A stretch of DNA of 64,000 nt from positions 3,785,789 to 3,849,788 of the forward strand of contig CAWEEQ010000004.1 in NCBI GenBank assembly GCA_963808235.1. The letters are read 5' to 3'. A model generated the notes under the pieces. It had not been told where the DNA came from, did not search any database, and saw nothing but the letters and a program-made list of their open reading frames with translations. Below, piece after piece: positions 29,894 to 39,980 of this stretch (within the stretch, counting starts at the first letter, position 1; every line of letters begins with the position of its first letter). The position numbers were made by a program, and so were the translations under genes. The stretch is from an uncultured delta proteobacterium (lineage in GTDB: Bacteria > Desulfobacterota > Binatia > Binatales > Binataceae).

Positions 29894-32404
29894 CTAGTTA
29901 TTCGCGCTCTTCGCGGCGTCTTCAGCAGCTTTCTGATCGCTCGGCAGCAACCGCGACGGCCCGAGCTTGAACGTCAGCTTGTTGATGGTTCCGGTGAAGC
30001 GGAACGGCAGCTTGTAATCGTCGTTCACACCTGTGCGCGTATCGCTCCCTATGTCGAAGGATTCATCGATCGCCATGAGGAACGGAATCGAGTGCGGAAC
30101 CGTCTTGCGAGCCAGTTCCTTGCCGTCAACCGTTAATACTCCGGTACCACCTTTGCCTGCGCCTGGTCCGTCGTATTTGAAGTCGAACACGATCGTGTGC
30201 TTACCCGGTTTGAGCCCGTCTCCTAACCAATCGTTCCCGCCCACGCCGCCTTCCCAACGATAATGCGTCAGGTCGAGAAGGTTGTAATCAAAGACTGGCT
30301 TCCCCTTGAGTAAGTAGAGGCCATAGCCGCCGAAGCGGCCTCCCAGGGTCACGATCATCCCTTCCGCCCCGCGCTGCGGGAATCGTCACGTCGGCAGTAA
30401 TAGTGTAATCCTTGTCCAAAATGCTAGGAGCATTACCTATGGGGATGCCGGCAGTTCTCACCCGTGTAGGTTAAAACACTTCGCCCGGCAGAAGCGCTTG
30501 GTCGCGGTGTCACGAGCGCGCGTTAAGACCGAATTATCTAATGGCAGGACCTGATATTTCGCCGCCTCTGTCAGGAACAACGCCTGCATCTCCTTTAATT
30601 TGTCCGGCATTGCTTTGAAGCGAGGTCGTTAAATTCGGAGTAATCTTCGGCGATGTTGTAAAGCTCCCACTTGTAGTCATTAATGTCGGGCAACTTGGCC
30701 GTTCCCAAGATCCAGGGGGCGGCAGGCGGCGTAGTAGCCGCAATCCAACCATCGTGGTAAATAGCGCGGTTGGCAAACATCTCGAAATACTGCGTATCGT
30801 GCTTCGACGGAGCATTAGCGTTCGCCTTGTCGAACGTGTAGGCCATGCTCACGCCTTCAATCGGCTTCTGCTTGATCCCAACGACCTCTTCGGGCGCCTT
30901 GATCCCGGCGGCCTCGAGAATCGTCGGAACAACATCAATCACATGGTGGAACTGCGGGCGGATACCACCGACATCGGTGATGTGGCCGGGCCACGAAATC
31001 GCAAGACCCTGCCGCGTGCCGCCGAAGTGCGAGGCCACCTGCTTGGTCCACTTGAAAGGCGTATCAAACGCCCACGACCATGCTACCGCCATATGCGGGT
31101 AGGTCTTGTCCGAGCCCCAGTCTTCGTAGTGCAACATCTGCGCGGCCTCCGGAAGGTCAGGATACCGTTGTAGGCCGTCATCTGGTTAAACGTACCCTCC
31201 AAAGTGCCTTCGGCACTGGTGCCATTGTCGCCGACGATGTAGATGATCAGCGTGTTGTCGAGCTTGCCTTCGTCCTGAACTTCCTGGATCACGCGGCCAA
31301 TCTCATGGTCGGTGTAAGCGGCGTAGCCGGCAAAGACTTCGGCCTCGCGCGCGTAGAGCTTCTTTTGAATCAACGAGAGCGAGTCCCAACGCGGCAGCTT
31401 CGCGCCGCCATACGCGGCCTGCCCATCCGGCCACGGGGTGAGCTGGGTATCTGGCGGGATCACACCCAGCCGTTTCTGGTTGGCGAAGATCACCTCGCGA
31501 AGCTTCTCATAGCCGATATCGAACTTGCCCTTGAATTTGTCAATCCATTCCTTGGTCGGCTGGTGCGGTGAGTGGGTGCCACCTGGCACGTAATACAGGA
31601 AGAACGGCGTGTCGGGTGCGGCTGCGTTTAGACCGCTCAGGTATTTGATAGCGTCATCCGCCAGATCGGTCGTGAGGTTGTAGCCCGGCTTGCCGATCCA
31701 CGGAAACACTGGTGTCGTATTACGATAAAGATAGGGCGTCCATTGGTCGGTCTCGCCGCCCATGAACCCGTAGAAATACTGAAAACCCATCCCGACCGGC
31801 CATTGGTCAAAGGCCCGGCTTCACTGTATTGATAGGTGGGCGTGTTATGGTTCTTACCAAACCACGAGGTCGCATAACCATTGTCTCGGAGGATAGTGCC
31901 GATGGTAGCGCTCTCCGGCCCGATGATGAGTCATAGCCTGGATAACCGGTGGACAATTCGCCGATGATGCCGAAGCCGACCGAATGATGGTTGCGACCCG
32001 TGATCAGCGCCGCCCGCGTGGGCGAACAAAGCGCAGTGGAGTGAAACTCAGTGTAGCGCAATCCAGCTTTTGCGATGCGATCCAGCGCGGGCGTCGGGAT
32101 AACGCCGCCGAAGGTGCCCGAAACGCCGTAGCCCTGATCATCGGTCATGATGAGCAAGATGTTAGGCGCGCCCTTGGGCGGTACGACGCGGGCGGCCACC
32201 ACGGCGTAGAATCCTTGGCGCTTTCCTTGATCACGCCGCCAAACGGCATCGGTGGCGGCGGGAGTTGTTTCCCTTCAAGAGTCACAGTGGAACTGGGCGA
32301 GCCCGGCACGCCGCTGATTTGCTGGGCGGACGCGGGCGCGGCCGCAAACGCAGCCAGGCAAACGATCATCATAATGAAGCAATGAACTCTGGATCTTGTA
32401 TATG
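29894..32404 (-). pseudogene. Arylsulfatase (Cys/FGly type) broken by about 7 frameshifts (pseudogene or sequence error)
   Basis: Collinear fragments: signal peptide, [45 protein letters not shown]; start approximate. Confidence 0.88.
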
Positions 32405-32526
32405 GCATCTGTTCTCGCACTCCGATCGAACGCGGTACGTCACCGCTTCACTTCAAGGGCGGTTTCAATGTCACCTTCCGGAATCAACGCGCTGTAGTGT
32501 TAATACTGCAAGACGTAACGAGCAGA

Positions 32527-32546
32527 TATTGTACTTTGGTACAATA
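32527..32546. promoter_or_regulatory. Palindromic operator TATTGTAC-N4-GTACAATA (copy 1)
   Basis: Upstream of the sulfatase; exact reverse complement of 39794-39813. Confidence 0.7.
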
Positions 32547-32575
32547 CGAGAGCCGGGAAACTGACTCGCTCGGTA

Positions 32576-33376
32576 TTACTCTTTGGTCTTGGAATCGAGG
32601 GTCTTGTTTTCTGCGTGCTGACTCGTAGATTGACTCATCTGCATTCCGACCAGCCGCGCAACCAGGATCGCCAGGTAGAACTGTCCCGTGATGCCTTCCG
32701 CCACCGCTGCGTAACGGGCCTGCAGGGTTACCGGAGTGATGTCGCCAAACCCGATGGTGGATAAGGTAGTCAAGCTGAAATAGATGAGAACCGGGACAGT
32801 CTGTTGGTCAGAAGTAGGACCGCCGGCGCCGAAGCTGAATGCATTGGGCTGAAGTTCACGAAGTACGATGTAGAAAAGCCCGAATGTCAGTCCGAACAGC
32901 AGATAGACCGAAATCGACATGCTGATGACTTCCCGTGTGATCTCTTTCTGCTTCAACACGGCGCGCAATTCATTCCACGTAATGTAGGCAAACAGCGACA
33001 GCCAAAAAATCGAACCGGCCAGATAGAGCGAATGGCTTGGTGCTACAGCAATGGCGAAACGTTCAGCAAACGCAGGAACTGCCAGCATCCACGCAATGAT
33101 GCTTCGTCTCCTCTGCTGGGCGAGAAGAGTTTCGCGGTCGCCCACCAGCTCACCGACATCGATGTTGTAGAGGGCGAGCAGAAGGAGCACCAACATCGCC
33201 GAGCTGAATAAGATAGGGCCTGCTCCGGAGTCGCCGATCAGTGGTCGCACCAAAAACGCGACGACGATCGCGACGAGCAGCACAGTATGCCTATGCGGCG
33301 CGAGACGACGGTGGACTTCCGCTCGCAACTGCGCGAGGAGGTTGGCCTCGATCGACTTATGTTCTCGTCGCGTCAT
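32576..33376 (-). CDS. Potassium channel family (two-TM pore) protein
   Basis: YFSLTTLSTIGFGDITP filter-like motif; ATGA overlap with upstream gene. Confidence 0.85.
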   Translation of the reverse strand: MTRREHKSIEANLLAQLRAEVHRRLAPHRHTVLLVAIVVAFLVRPLIGDSGAGPILFSSAMLVLLLLALYNIDVGELVGDRETLLAQQRRRSIIAWMLAVPAFAERFAIAVAPSHSLYLAGSIFWLSLFAYITWNELRAVLKQKEITREVISMSISVYLLFGLTFGLFYIVLRELQPNAFSFGAGGPTSDQQTVPVLIYFSLTTLSTIGFGDITPVTLQARYAAVAEGITGQFYLAILVARLVGMQMSQSTSQHAENKTLDSKTKE

Positions 33377-34440
33377 GGCTCGTCTACGGACGCCGACCAT
33401 TGCTCGAAAAGGCTGTAGCCCAATGCTACCAGCGTGGGGCCAAGGAACATGCCGATAACGCCGAATGCAAGCGCTCCTCCCAACACTCCAAGCATGATCA
33501 GAATCATCGGCGTCGAGCCTCCACGGCTGATAAGCAGCGGCTTCACGATATTATCGAGCATCCCGACCATCAGTCCCCACGCCATCATGAACACCGCCCA
33601 CGCGGTCGAACCTTGGCGATACAGCCAAAAAGCAGCCGGCGCCGCAACGATCAGCGGTCCGCCCGGCAGAAAGGACAGCACAAAGGTGACGAATCCCAAT
33701 GAGACTGAACCAGGAACTCCGGCGATGGCGAAGCCGATAGCCCCGACCACGCCCTGCAACATCGCGGTTCCGAGAACGCCATAGACCACCGCGCGAATGG
33801 TTGCTCCGGCGAGATCCAGCAGCCGATCTCCTCTCTCTCCGGCAATCCGATGAAGCGCGGCCTGGAGTTGGCCGGTGGCGGCATGTCCGTCGCGATAGAA
33901 AAAGAATGCAATCAGCAGACTCAAAATGATCTGAATGATGCCGTCGGCGAGTGCGCTCCCGCCCAGCAAGACGATTGTCTTTGCAGCCGGTAGCAACCTG
34001 GCCAATTCCTGGAGCTGCACTGAACTGCTCTTGTCCAGGCTGTTCCAGTAGTCAGCGATATTGGTGCCAACCAGCGGAATGCCCGCCACCCAGTCGGGCG
34101 GACCCGGCGGGCCTTCGTGGATAAGTTTTTGACCTGCGGAGATCAGCGCCGATACGTTGTCGGCAAGAGTAGCTCCCAGGATCGCGAGCGGAACGACTAT
34201 GAGCGCGGCGAGAAGCAACGTGGCGATCAACGCTGACAGCGTCGCCCGTCCGCCGAGCAGATTTTCAAGTCTCCGGAACAGTGGCCAGGTCGTGAAACAG
34301 AGAATCGCGGCCCATAACGCCGCCGATATAAATGGACGCAGCACAAGGATGCACAAAAATCCCAGGACGACTACAGCCGTGCCGCCAATCCACAGCTCGA
34401 GTTGAGTTCGCCTCCCGCTATCGCTCGTCTTATCAGCCAT
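33373..34440 (-). CDS. AI-2E family transporter
   Basis: DNIVKPLLI, GVLGG..FG..G.FLGP. Confidence 0.9.
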   Translation of the reverse strand: MADKTSDSGRRTQLELWIGGTAVVVLGFLCILVLRPFISAALWAAILCFTTWPLFRRLENLLGGRATLSALIATLLLAALIVVPLAILGATLADNVSALISAGQKLIHEGPPGPPDWVAGIPLVGTNIADYWNSLDKSSSVQLQELARLLPAAKTIVLLGGSALADGIIQIILSLLIAFFFYRDGHAATGQLQAALHRIAGERGDRLLDLAGATIRAVVYGVLGTAMLQGVVGAIGFAIAGVPGSVSLGFVTFVLSFLPGGPLIVAAPAAFWLYRQGSTAWAVFMMAWGLMVGMLDNIVKPLLISRGGSTPMILIMLGVLGGALAFGVIGMFLGPTLVALGYSLFEQWSASVDEP

Positions 34441-36835
34441 GTAAATGCTCGCGAAGTTCGTTCATCATCTCCCGAACTTGTGGATTTCCCGGTTCGAGAT
34501 CGTCGAGACGCTTGGCGTAGGTCAGCGCCTTGGCGGGATCGCCTGAATGTTCCAGGAAGCTGACCAGCGCGGATAGCGAATCGCGGTCGTAGGGATGTAT
34601 TTTCAATGAGGTCTCCAGAGTCTCGATTGCATCTTTGGTCTGGCCGGCGTCGTGTAATGCGACCGCATACACATAAACATAACGGGCATTCGCCGGTTCG
34701 TTGCGCGCGGCGGCTGCCAGCAGATCGAGAGCTTGCGCGTTGCGCTTTTGACGGACCATCAGCAGACCGAGCGCGTGTTCGAGCGACGCGTCGTTTGGCG
34801 AACGGCTGATGGCGTCCTTGAGGACTCGTTCACCTTCTTCATCCCGGTGTTGCCCACGATAAAGGTCAGCCAGGTTGACAGCGGCAGGTGCAAAACTCGG
34901 ATCTAGCGATAAAGAAGTTTTGAGTTCCGCCTCGGCTTTGTCAAATTGATTCTTCCTCGCGTACAGCAGTCCCAGATTCATGTGCGCCTCTGGACGATCG
35001 GCATTCAATTGTTGCGCGCCGACGTACTCATCAGTCGCGCGGCCGAAAGCAGCGGTAACGTTTTGAGGAAGGTTGTCCGCAGGCAACCCGGAGAGCACTT
35101 CCGCCGTCTCGATTCGTACGGAGCGAATCGGATCGCTGAGAAGCGGCGCAAGTGCCGTGGCGCTAGCGGCTGGATCGGAGTTCGACAGGGCGCGGGCGGC
35201 GGCCCGTCTCACCAGCGCCGAATCATCAGCGACTGCAGCGCGAACGGTCGAGTCCGTCGGAGGCGGAGCAAACGCCGCGAGCATCGAAAGTGCGGCGGCG
35301 CGCGCGATAGCAGGCTGATCGCGATCCACGATCAATCGTTTAAGCGATTCCCCTGCGCCCGGTGCTCCCGTCGAGCCAGCCTGCAGGGTTTCAGCGAAAC
35401 GCTGAAAGCCCTGAGGTGCGCGCCCGTACCATTTGGTTACCGAATCCGATGCCCATTGAGCCGATTTGTCGGTATGGCAGTTGGTGCATGCGTTTGGAGT
35501 GCCCAGCTTCATCGAGAGGTCGGGGCGCGGAATTCGGATGCTGTGATCTCTGCGCGCATCGACAACCATGTACGTGCGCGTCGGCATATGACATTCAACG
35601 CATCGCGCCCCCGCCGATCCGACTTGGTGGAAATGATGTTTCGGCGAATCGTACTTTTGCGCCGAATGGCATTGCACACAAAGGTTGTTGCCGGTGGCGC
35701 GAAGCGCGGAACTGTGCGGCTCGTGACAATCGCTGCAGGTAACTCCGGCCTGGTACATCCGGCTCTGGATGAAGGAGCCGTATTCGTAGTCCTCCTCCTT
35801 TATCTGTCCATCCGGGAAATAGTGGTCTTCATCGAGCAGCGCAACGCGGTAGTCGTCGCCTACTTGCTGGCCATGAACGTAGTCTTCGTGAATCTGGCCG
35901 CGCCGCGCATGGCATCGCGCACACATCTGTATCTCCCGCTCTGAGCGACGCGGTGAGCTTCGATGCCCGTTGCCGGTTGCCGGATCGATCGACCATGCGA
36001 CGCCTGTACGTTCATCCAGCGCGATCGTCAAGCCGTCGTTTGCGATGCTCTTCCAATCGCCCTGCTTCCTCGCCCACGCTATGTGATTTGAACCCGGGCC
36101 GTGGCAAGCCTCGCACGCGACATCGATCTCGGAATAGGCGGTCGCGAAGGCGCGCGTCTGCGGATCGTAGTTCTTGCGCAAATTCGTCGAATGACAATCG
36201 GCACACATGTAGTTCCAGTTCTGATCGATGCCAGTCCAATGCTGCGAATCCCGATATGTGATCTTCTGACCGGGATACAACGAGAACCAACGATGACCAC
36301 CACGCTCCGTCGCGCGGCTGTCCCATGCGATTCCGAACGCCTGCAAGCGTCCGCCGGGCATCTCGATAAGATATTGCTGGAGCGGATATACGCCGAAGGT
36401 GTACTTGATCTCGTAATCGTGTAGCGCCCCATCGGGACCATCGGTGCGCACCATGAACTTCGAGCCAAGCCGAGAGAAAGTTGAAGTGATGCCATTGTTG
36501 ATGAAGCTCGCATGATTGAAATCGCCCAGGACCGCGGAATCTGAGGCCGGTTGCATCGCGAGTTGATGATGCGAGCCGCGCCAGCGAGCACTCTCGCGCT
36601 CGTGACAGCCGGCACATTCGACCGCGCCGACGAATTTCGCGCTGACTATTGTGGGCTGTTTCGACGAATCCGCGGGATATGCAGAGTGCCGCTTCCATCG
36701 CGCCAGGAGCGCGACCGCCGCGATAGCAATCGCTATCGGAACCAGCAGCCAGGCGAGGTTCCGTGGCGCAACCGGTTCGGTCCGAACTGGTGCCGTCCGC
36801 TTGTTACGGGGTTTTTTCTTCCTACTCACGGTCAA
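34433..36835 (-). CDS. Octaheme c-type cytochrome with HEAT and TPR repeats
   Basis: 8 CxxCH motifs (CAGCH, CADCH, CEACH, CARCH, CSDCH, CVQCH, CVECH, CTNCH), N-terminal TM, C-terminal TPRs. Confidence 0.9.
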   Translation of the reverse strand: MTVSRKKKPRNKRTAPVRTEPVAPRNLAWLLVPIAIAIAAVALLARWKRHSAYPADSSKQPTIVSAKFVGAVECAGCHERESARWRGSHHQLAMQPASDSAVLGDFNHASFINNGITSTFSRLGSKFMVRTDGPDGALHDYEIKYTFGVYPLQQYLIEMPGGRLQAFGIAWDSRATERGGHRWFSLYPGQKITYRDSQHWTGIDQNWNYMCADCHSTNLRKNYDPQTRAFATAYSEIDVACEACHGPGSNHIAWARKQGDWKSIANDGLTIALDERTGVAWSIDPATGNGHRSSPRRSEREIQMCARCHARRGQIHEDYVHGQQVGDDYRVALLDEDHYFPDGQIKEEDYEYGSFIQSRMYQAGVTCSDCHEPHSSALRATGNNLCVQCHSAQKYDSPKHHFHQVGSAGARCVECHMPTRTYMVVDARRDHSIRIPRPDLSMKLGTPNACTNCHTDKSAQWASDSVTKWYGRAPQGFQRFAETLQAGSTGAPGAGESLKRLIVDRDQPAIARAAALSMLAAFAPPPTDSTVRAAVADDSALVRRAAARALSNSDPAASATALAPLLSDPIRSVRIETAEVLSGLPADNLPQNVTAAFGRATDEYVGAQQLNADRPEAHMNLGLLYARKNQFDKAEAELKTSLSLDPSFAPAAVNLADLYRGQHRDEEGERVLKDAISRSPNDASLEHALGLLMVRQKRNAQALDLLAAAARNEPANARYVYVYAVALHDAGQTKDAIETLETSLKIHPYDRDSLSALVSFLEHSGDPAKALTYAKRLDDLEPGNPQVREMMNELREHLHG

Positions 36836-36937
36836 CTCTCGGCGCCCACGTCGCGCGAATCATCCGCCGGTCAGGTTAAACTGCGATGCCTCCATATGCG
36901 CGAGGCCAATCGTTACCTAAGGAACCAAGTCGCGCCG

Positions 36938-36957
36938 TATGAGACCAAAGTACAATT
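36938..36957. promoter_or_regulatory. Degenerate copy of the same operator
   Basis: TATGAGACCAAAGTACAATT between the divergent cytochrome and response regulator genes. Confidence 0.5.
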
Positions 36958-37026
36958 GCTCGATTCCATAAACGGATTGTAATATTTCGCAACGTCTTGC
37001 AGCGAAACGGCTTGGGAGGAAGGACG

Positions 37027-37728
37027 ATGCGAAGCGCAGAGACAGCTGTCCGACCCCAAAGTGTCAGGAGCGACCGCCACTCTAAAAGCGCAGTTCCTAG
37101 CGGACGCATCAGGGTCGCGATAATCGAAGACGAGGAGCGGGTGCGCAAAGCCCTTGTCTTCCAGCTCAGCACCGCCGGTTTCGAAGTCGCCGCTCATTCC
37201 AGCGCGGAGGAACTTCTCGAGGCCGCCGGTGCTAAGGACTTCGATTGTGTAGTGGCGGACATTTACCTGCCGAAAATGAACGGGCTCCAGCTTCAGGAAG
37301 AGCTGGGCCGCACGGTTCCCTACGCATCAATCGTTTTCATCACCGGGCATGGCGATCTTTCACTCGGGATGCACGCAATGAGGAAAGGCGCCGTGGATTT
37401 CCTCGAAAAGCCGATCGACGATCAGGCCTTGCTGAGCGCGATAACTCGCGGCGCTCAGCTCTCGCGCGAACGGCGCGCTGAACAATTCCGAAGGATCGGA
37501 CTTCAGGAGCGCGAGCACTCTCTAACTGCCCGCGAGCGCGAAGTCTTCGCCCTGATAACCACCGGCTTGCTGAACAAGCAAGTCGCCTCCGAGTTGGGAA
37601 CAACCGAAAGGACCATAAAGGCGCATCGCGCAAGTGTGATGACCAAAATGGGCGCAGGCTCACTCGCCGACCTGGTCCGGATCGCTGGAATCCTCCAGAC
37701 CCACGCTCCTTTGAAAACTCTCGAATGA
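37027..37728 (+). CDS. FixJ/NodW-type response regulator (REC + LuxR HTH)
   Basis: FITGHGD, GAVDFLEKP, LTAREREV, GLLNKQVA, IKAHR. Confidence 0.93.
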   Translation: MRSAETAVRPQSVRSDRHSKSAVPSGRIRVAIIEDEERVRKALVFQLSTAGFEVAAHSSAEELLEAAGAKDFDCVVADIYLPKMNGLQLQEELGRTVPYASIVFITGHGDLSLGMHAMRKGAVDFLEKPIDDQALLSAITRGAQLSRERRAEQFRRIGLQEREHSLTAREREVFALITTGLLNKQVASELGTTERTIKAHRASVMTKMGAGSLADLVRIAGILQTHAPLKTLE

Positions 37729-37773
37729 AGTGAGGTCTGCGGCGCACTGCCAGCACGCCATGGACAATGACCA

Positions 37774-39114
37774 TCAGGAATGCCCCCCTTTTGTTGCGCT
37801 GGCGCGTTTCCTTTCAGCGACCGGAAGGGTGAAGGTGAAAGTGGCGCCGCCAGCGGAATTCGGCGACGCCCAGATTCTGCCGCCGTGACCCTCTACAATT
37901 GTTCGGGTGACGAGCAGACCTAGTCCCATTCCTTCGCTCTTGGTCGTGAAAAACGGCTCGAACAACCGATTGGCGACGGCCGGATCTATACCTGCGCCGC
38001 TGTCAGAGACGCTTATCTCGACCCATCCGGTCTTCTCCGGCGCCACCTTGATAGTTATGCCGCGTTGTTCAGCCTTGGCCTCGGCGATCGAATCGAAAGC
38101 GTTCATAAGCAGATTCAGTACGCACTGCTGCAACTGGACCCTGTCGCCAATGACTCGTTGCGCGGAGGGCGACACCTGAGTCTGCACAGAGATCTGTCGA
38201 ACCGTGGCCTCGCCGGCGGTCAGCCTCGTCACTTCCTCGATCAAGGCGCCGATGCCGATCGCAGCCTTGTGCTCGACGTGTCTCTTGAACATGAACCGGA
38301 TACGGCGAACGATTTCGGCCGTCCGCTTGGTGTCTTCGATCGCATTGCTGACCGCCTCCAGAGCCATAGCGGGGTCTGGATTTCCTTCCGTCAGCAAGCG
38401 CGCAAGACCGCCGAGGTTGCTCAAAATTGCGCCTAGAGGCTGGTTGATTTCGTGCGAAAGTGACGCGACGAGTTCGCTCATCGAGTTGCGGCGCGAAGCG
38501 ATCCTGAGTTCGGTGCGAGCTTCCCGTATCGCCGCCTCCAATTGCTTGCGCTCGATCGCGCTGCCGAAGAGCCGCACTGACAGGGCCAGGTGATCGAGCA
38601 GTACAGGCGGCCATTGCCGACCAGACCGGAACTTGCCGAAACTCGCCGCACCGATGACCCGGGAACCGCCCCACATCGGGATCGTCGCAGAAGCTTTTGG
38701 TCCGTATCGCTCTATATAAGGTCTCAGATCTGCGACTTCACTTGGAATTTCATCTGGATTCGACCAGAAATACGGATTGCCTTCCATGACCCACTTTGTG
38801 CTTTTCGGGAAGAGCTTCTCCGCATCATAGTTCCGCGGAAAGGGCGGGAAGCCGGCTCGAAGCCAGGTGTGAGTCGTGCGTACCGGCTGGCCCGGCGCAT
38901 CGCGCTCGTATATGGCGCTCCGGTCGAGGTTCAAAGCCTGGCAGATTTTTCCCAACCACGCTTCGATTTCGCGGTCAACCTCCTCAGCGGGCACGAGTGC
39001 CATCGCCGCTGATAGTTCCCCGACGAGCGATTCGAATCGCTCGACTTCGCGCCGTTCGCGGCCGACGCCCGCAGGCCTACGACGCTTTGGCTCGATAATC
39101 GGTCGTCGTTGCAT
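37774..39114 (-). CDS. GAF-domain FixL/NodV-type histidine kinase
   Basis: SHEINQPL, NLLMNA, FFTTKSEGMGLGL; no TM. Confidence 0.92.
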   Translation of the reverse strand: MQRRPIIEPKRRRPAGVGRERREVERFESLVGELSAAMALVPAEEVDREIEAWLGKICQALNLDRSAIYERDAPGQPVRTTHTWLRAGFPPFPRNYDAEKLFPKSTKWVMEGNPYFWSNPDEIPSEVADLRPYIERYGPKASATIPMWGGSRVIGAASFGKFRSGRQWPPVLLDHLALSVRLFGSAIERKQLEAAIREARTELRIASRRNSMSELVASLSHEINQPLGAILSNLGGLARLLTEGNPDPAMALEAVSNAIEDTKRTAEIVRRIRFMFKRHVEHKAAIGIGALIEEVTRLTAGEATVRQISVQTQVSPSAQRVIGDRVQLQQCVLNLLMNAFDSIAEAKAEQRGITIKVAPEKTGWVEISVSDSGAGIDPAVANRLFEPFFTTKSEGMGLGLLVTRTIVEGHGGRIWASPNSAGGATFTFTLPVAERKRASATKGGHS

Positions 39115-39326
39115 CGGTCAGAACTCAGGTTTGGGGTTGGAGGTCGACGAGGAGACAGCGGATATGTCGAATCCGGTCCCTGAGAAGGTACGATCCTCCA
39201 AACGGTCGAAATATATTACCTGGGCCGGTTAGATGCCAATGTCGCGCGCAGATACCCGCGAGTCACGGAGATCTCATAATGAAACGTTCACACTGGCGCG
39301 GTCTGTAGTCGCTCCGTATGAAGAAT

Positions 39327-39707
39327 TCAAATCGCCCGTGGCAACGCCTTTCGTATCGCCCGGAGCAGATCTTTTTCGTCGAAAGGCTTGAACAAGCTGG
39401 CGGCCGGAGTGGCTCGACGGATCATTTCCCTGGTCTGCGGATCGTCGCGGCCGCTTATCAGGATCGTCGGCAAGTGCCGTCCTGACGCAGCCATCGTCCG
39501 GCATAGTTCTATCCCGGTCATTCCCGGCATGTAGACGTCGAGCATCAGGCACGCGTCGCCGTTCGGAAACTCGCCGGCCAGGAAATCCTCCGCACTCTGA
39601 AAGTCCAAAACGCTGAATCCGAGAATCTGCAATTGCCGTCGCAGGGCGCGGCGGATAGACGCGTCGTCATCTACCACAATCACTGTGGCCGTCGATTTAT
39701 TCCACAA
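39327..39707 (-). CDS. Single-domain response regulator
   Basis: VVDDD, LDVYMPGMTG, KPF. Confidence 0.9.
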   Translation of the reverse strand: MWNKSTATVIVVDDDASIRRALRRQLQILGFSVLDFQSAEDFLAGEFPNGDACLMLDVYMPGMTGIELCRTMAASGRHLPTILISGRDDPQTREMIRRATPAASLFKPFDEKDLLRAIRKALPRAI

Positions 39708-39793
39708 CTAACGATACCCGCTGCTCCGGAGAGTGGCCCCAACCATCTCCATCGTTGCGCAGGACATTGTGCATCGCGCGGCGGCCACCGGAC

Positions 39794-39813
39794 TATTGTA
39801 CCAAAGTACAATA
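39794..39813. promoter_or_regulatory. Palindromic operator TATTGTAC-N4-GTACAATA (copy 2)
   Basis: TATTGTACCAAAGTACAATA in a divergent intergenic region. Confidence 0.7.
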
Positions 39814-39980
39814 CCGCTCTCCGGAAAAAAGGACGAATCTTGCCCACCGTGAGAGGCACAAACGTCACACGTCGTTCGGCACAGTCACGTTACGAGCACA
39901 CTTGGGGCGAAAAGCCGTTGGTCCAAAGTTAGTGCTCCGATTTACAATGCGGAAATCAGAAGATGGAGTCCGAGGAGAAA

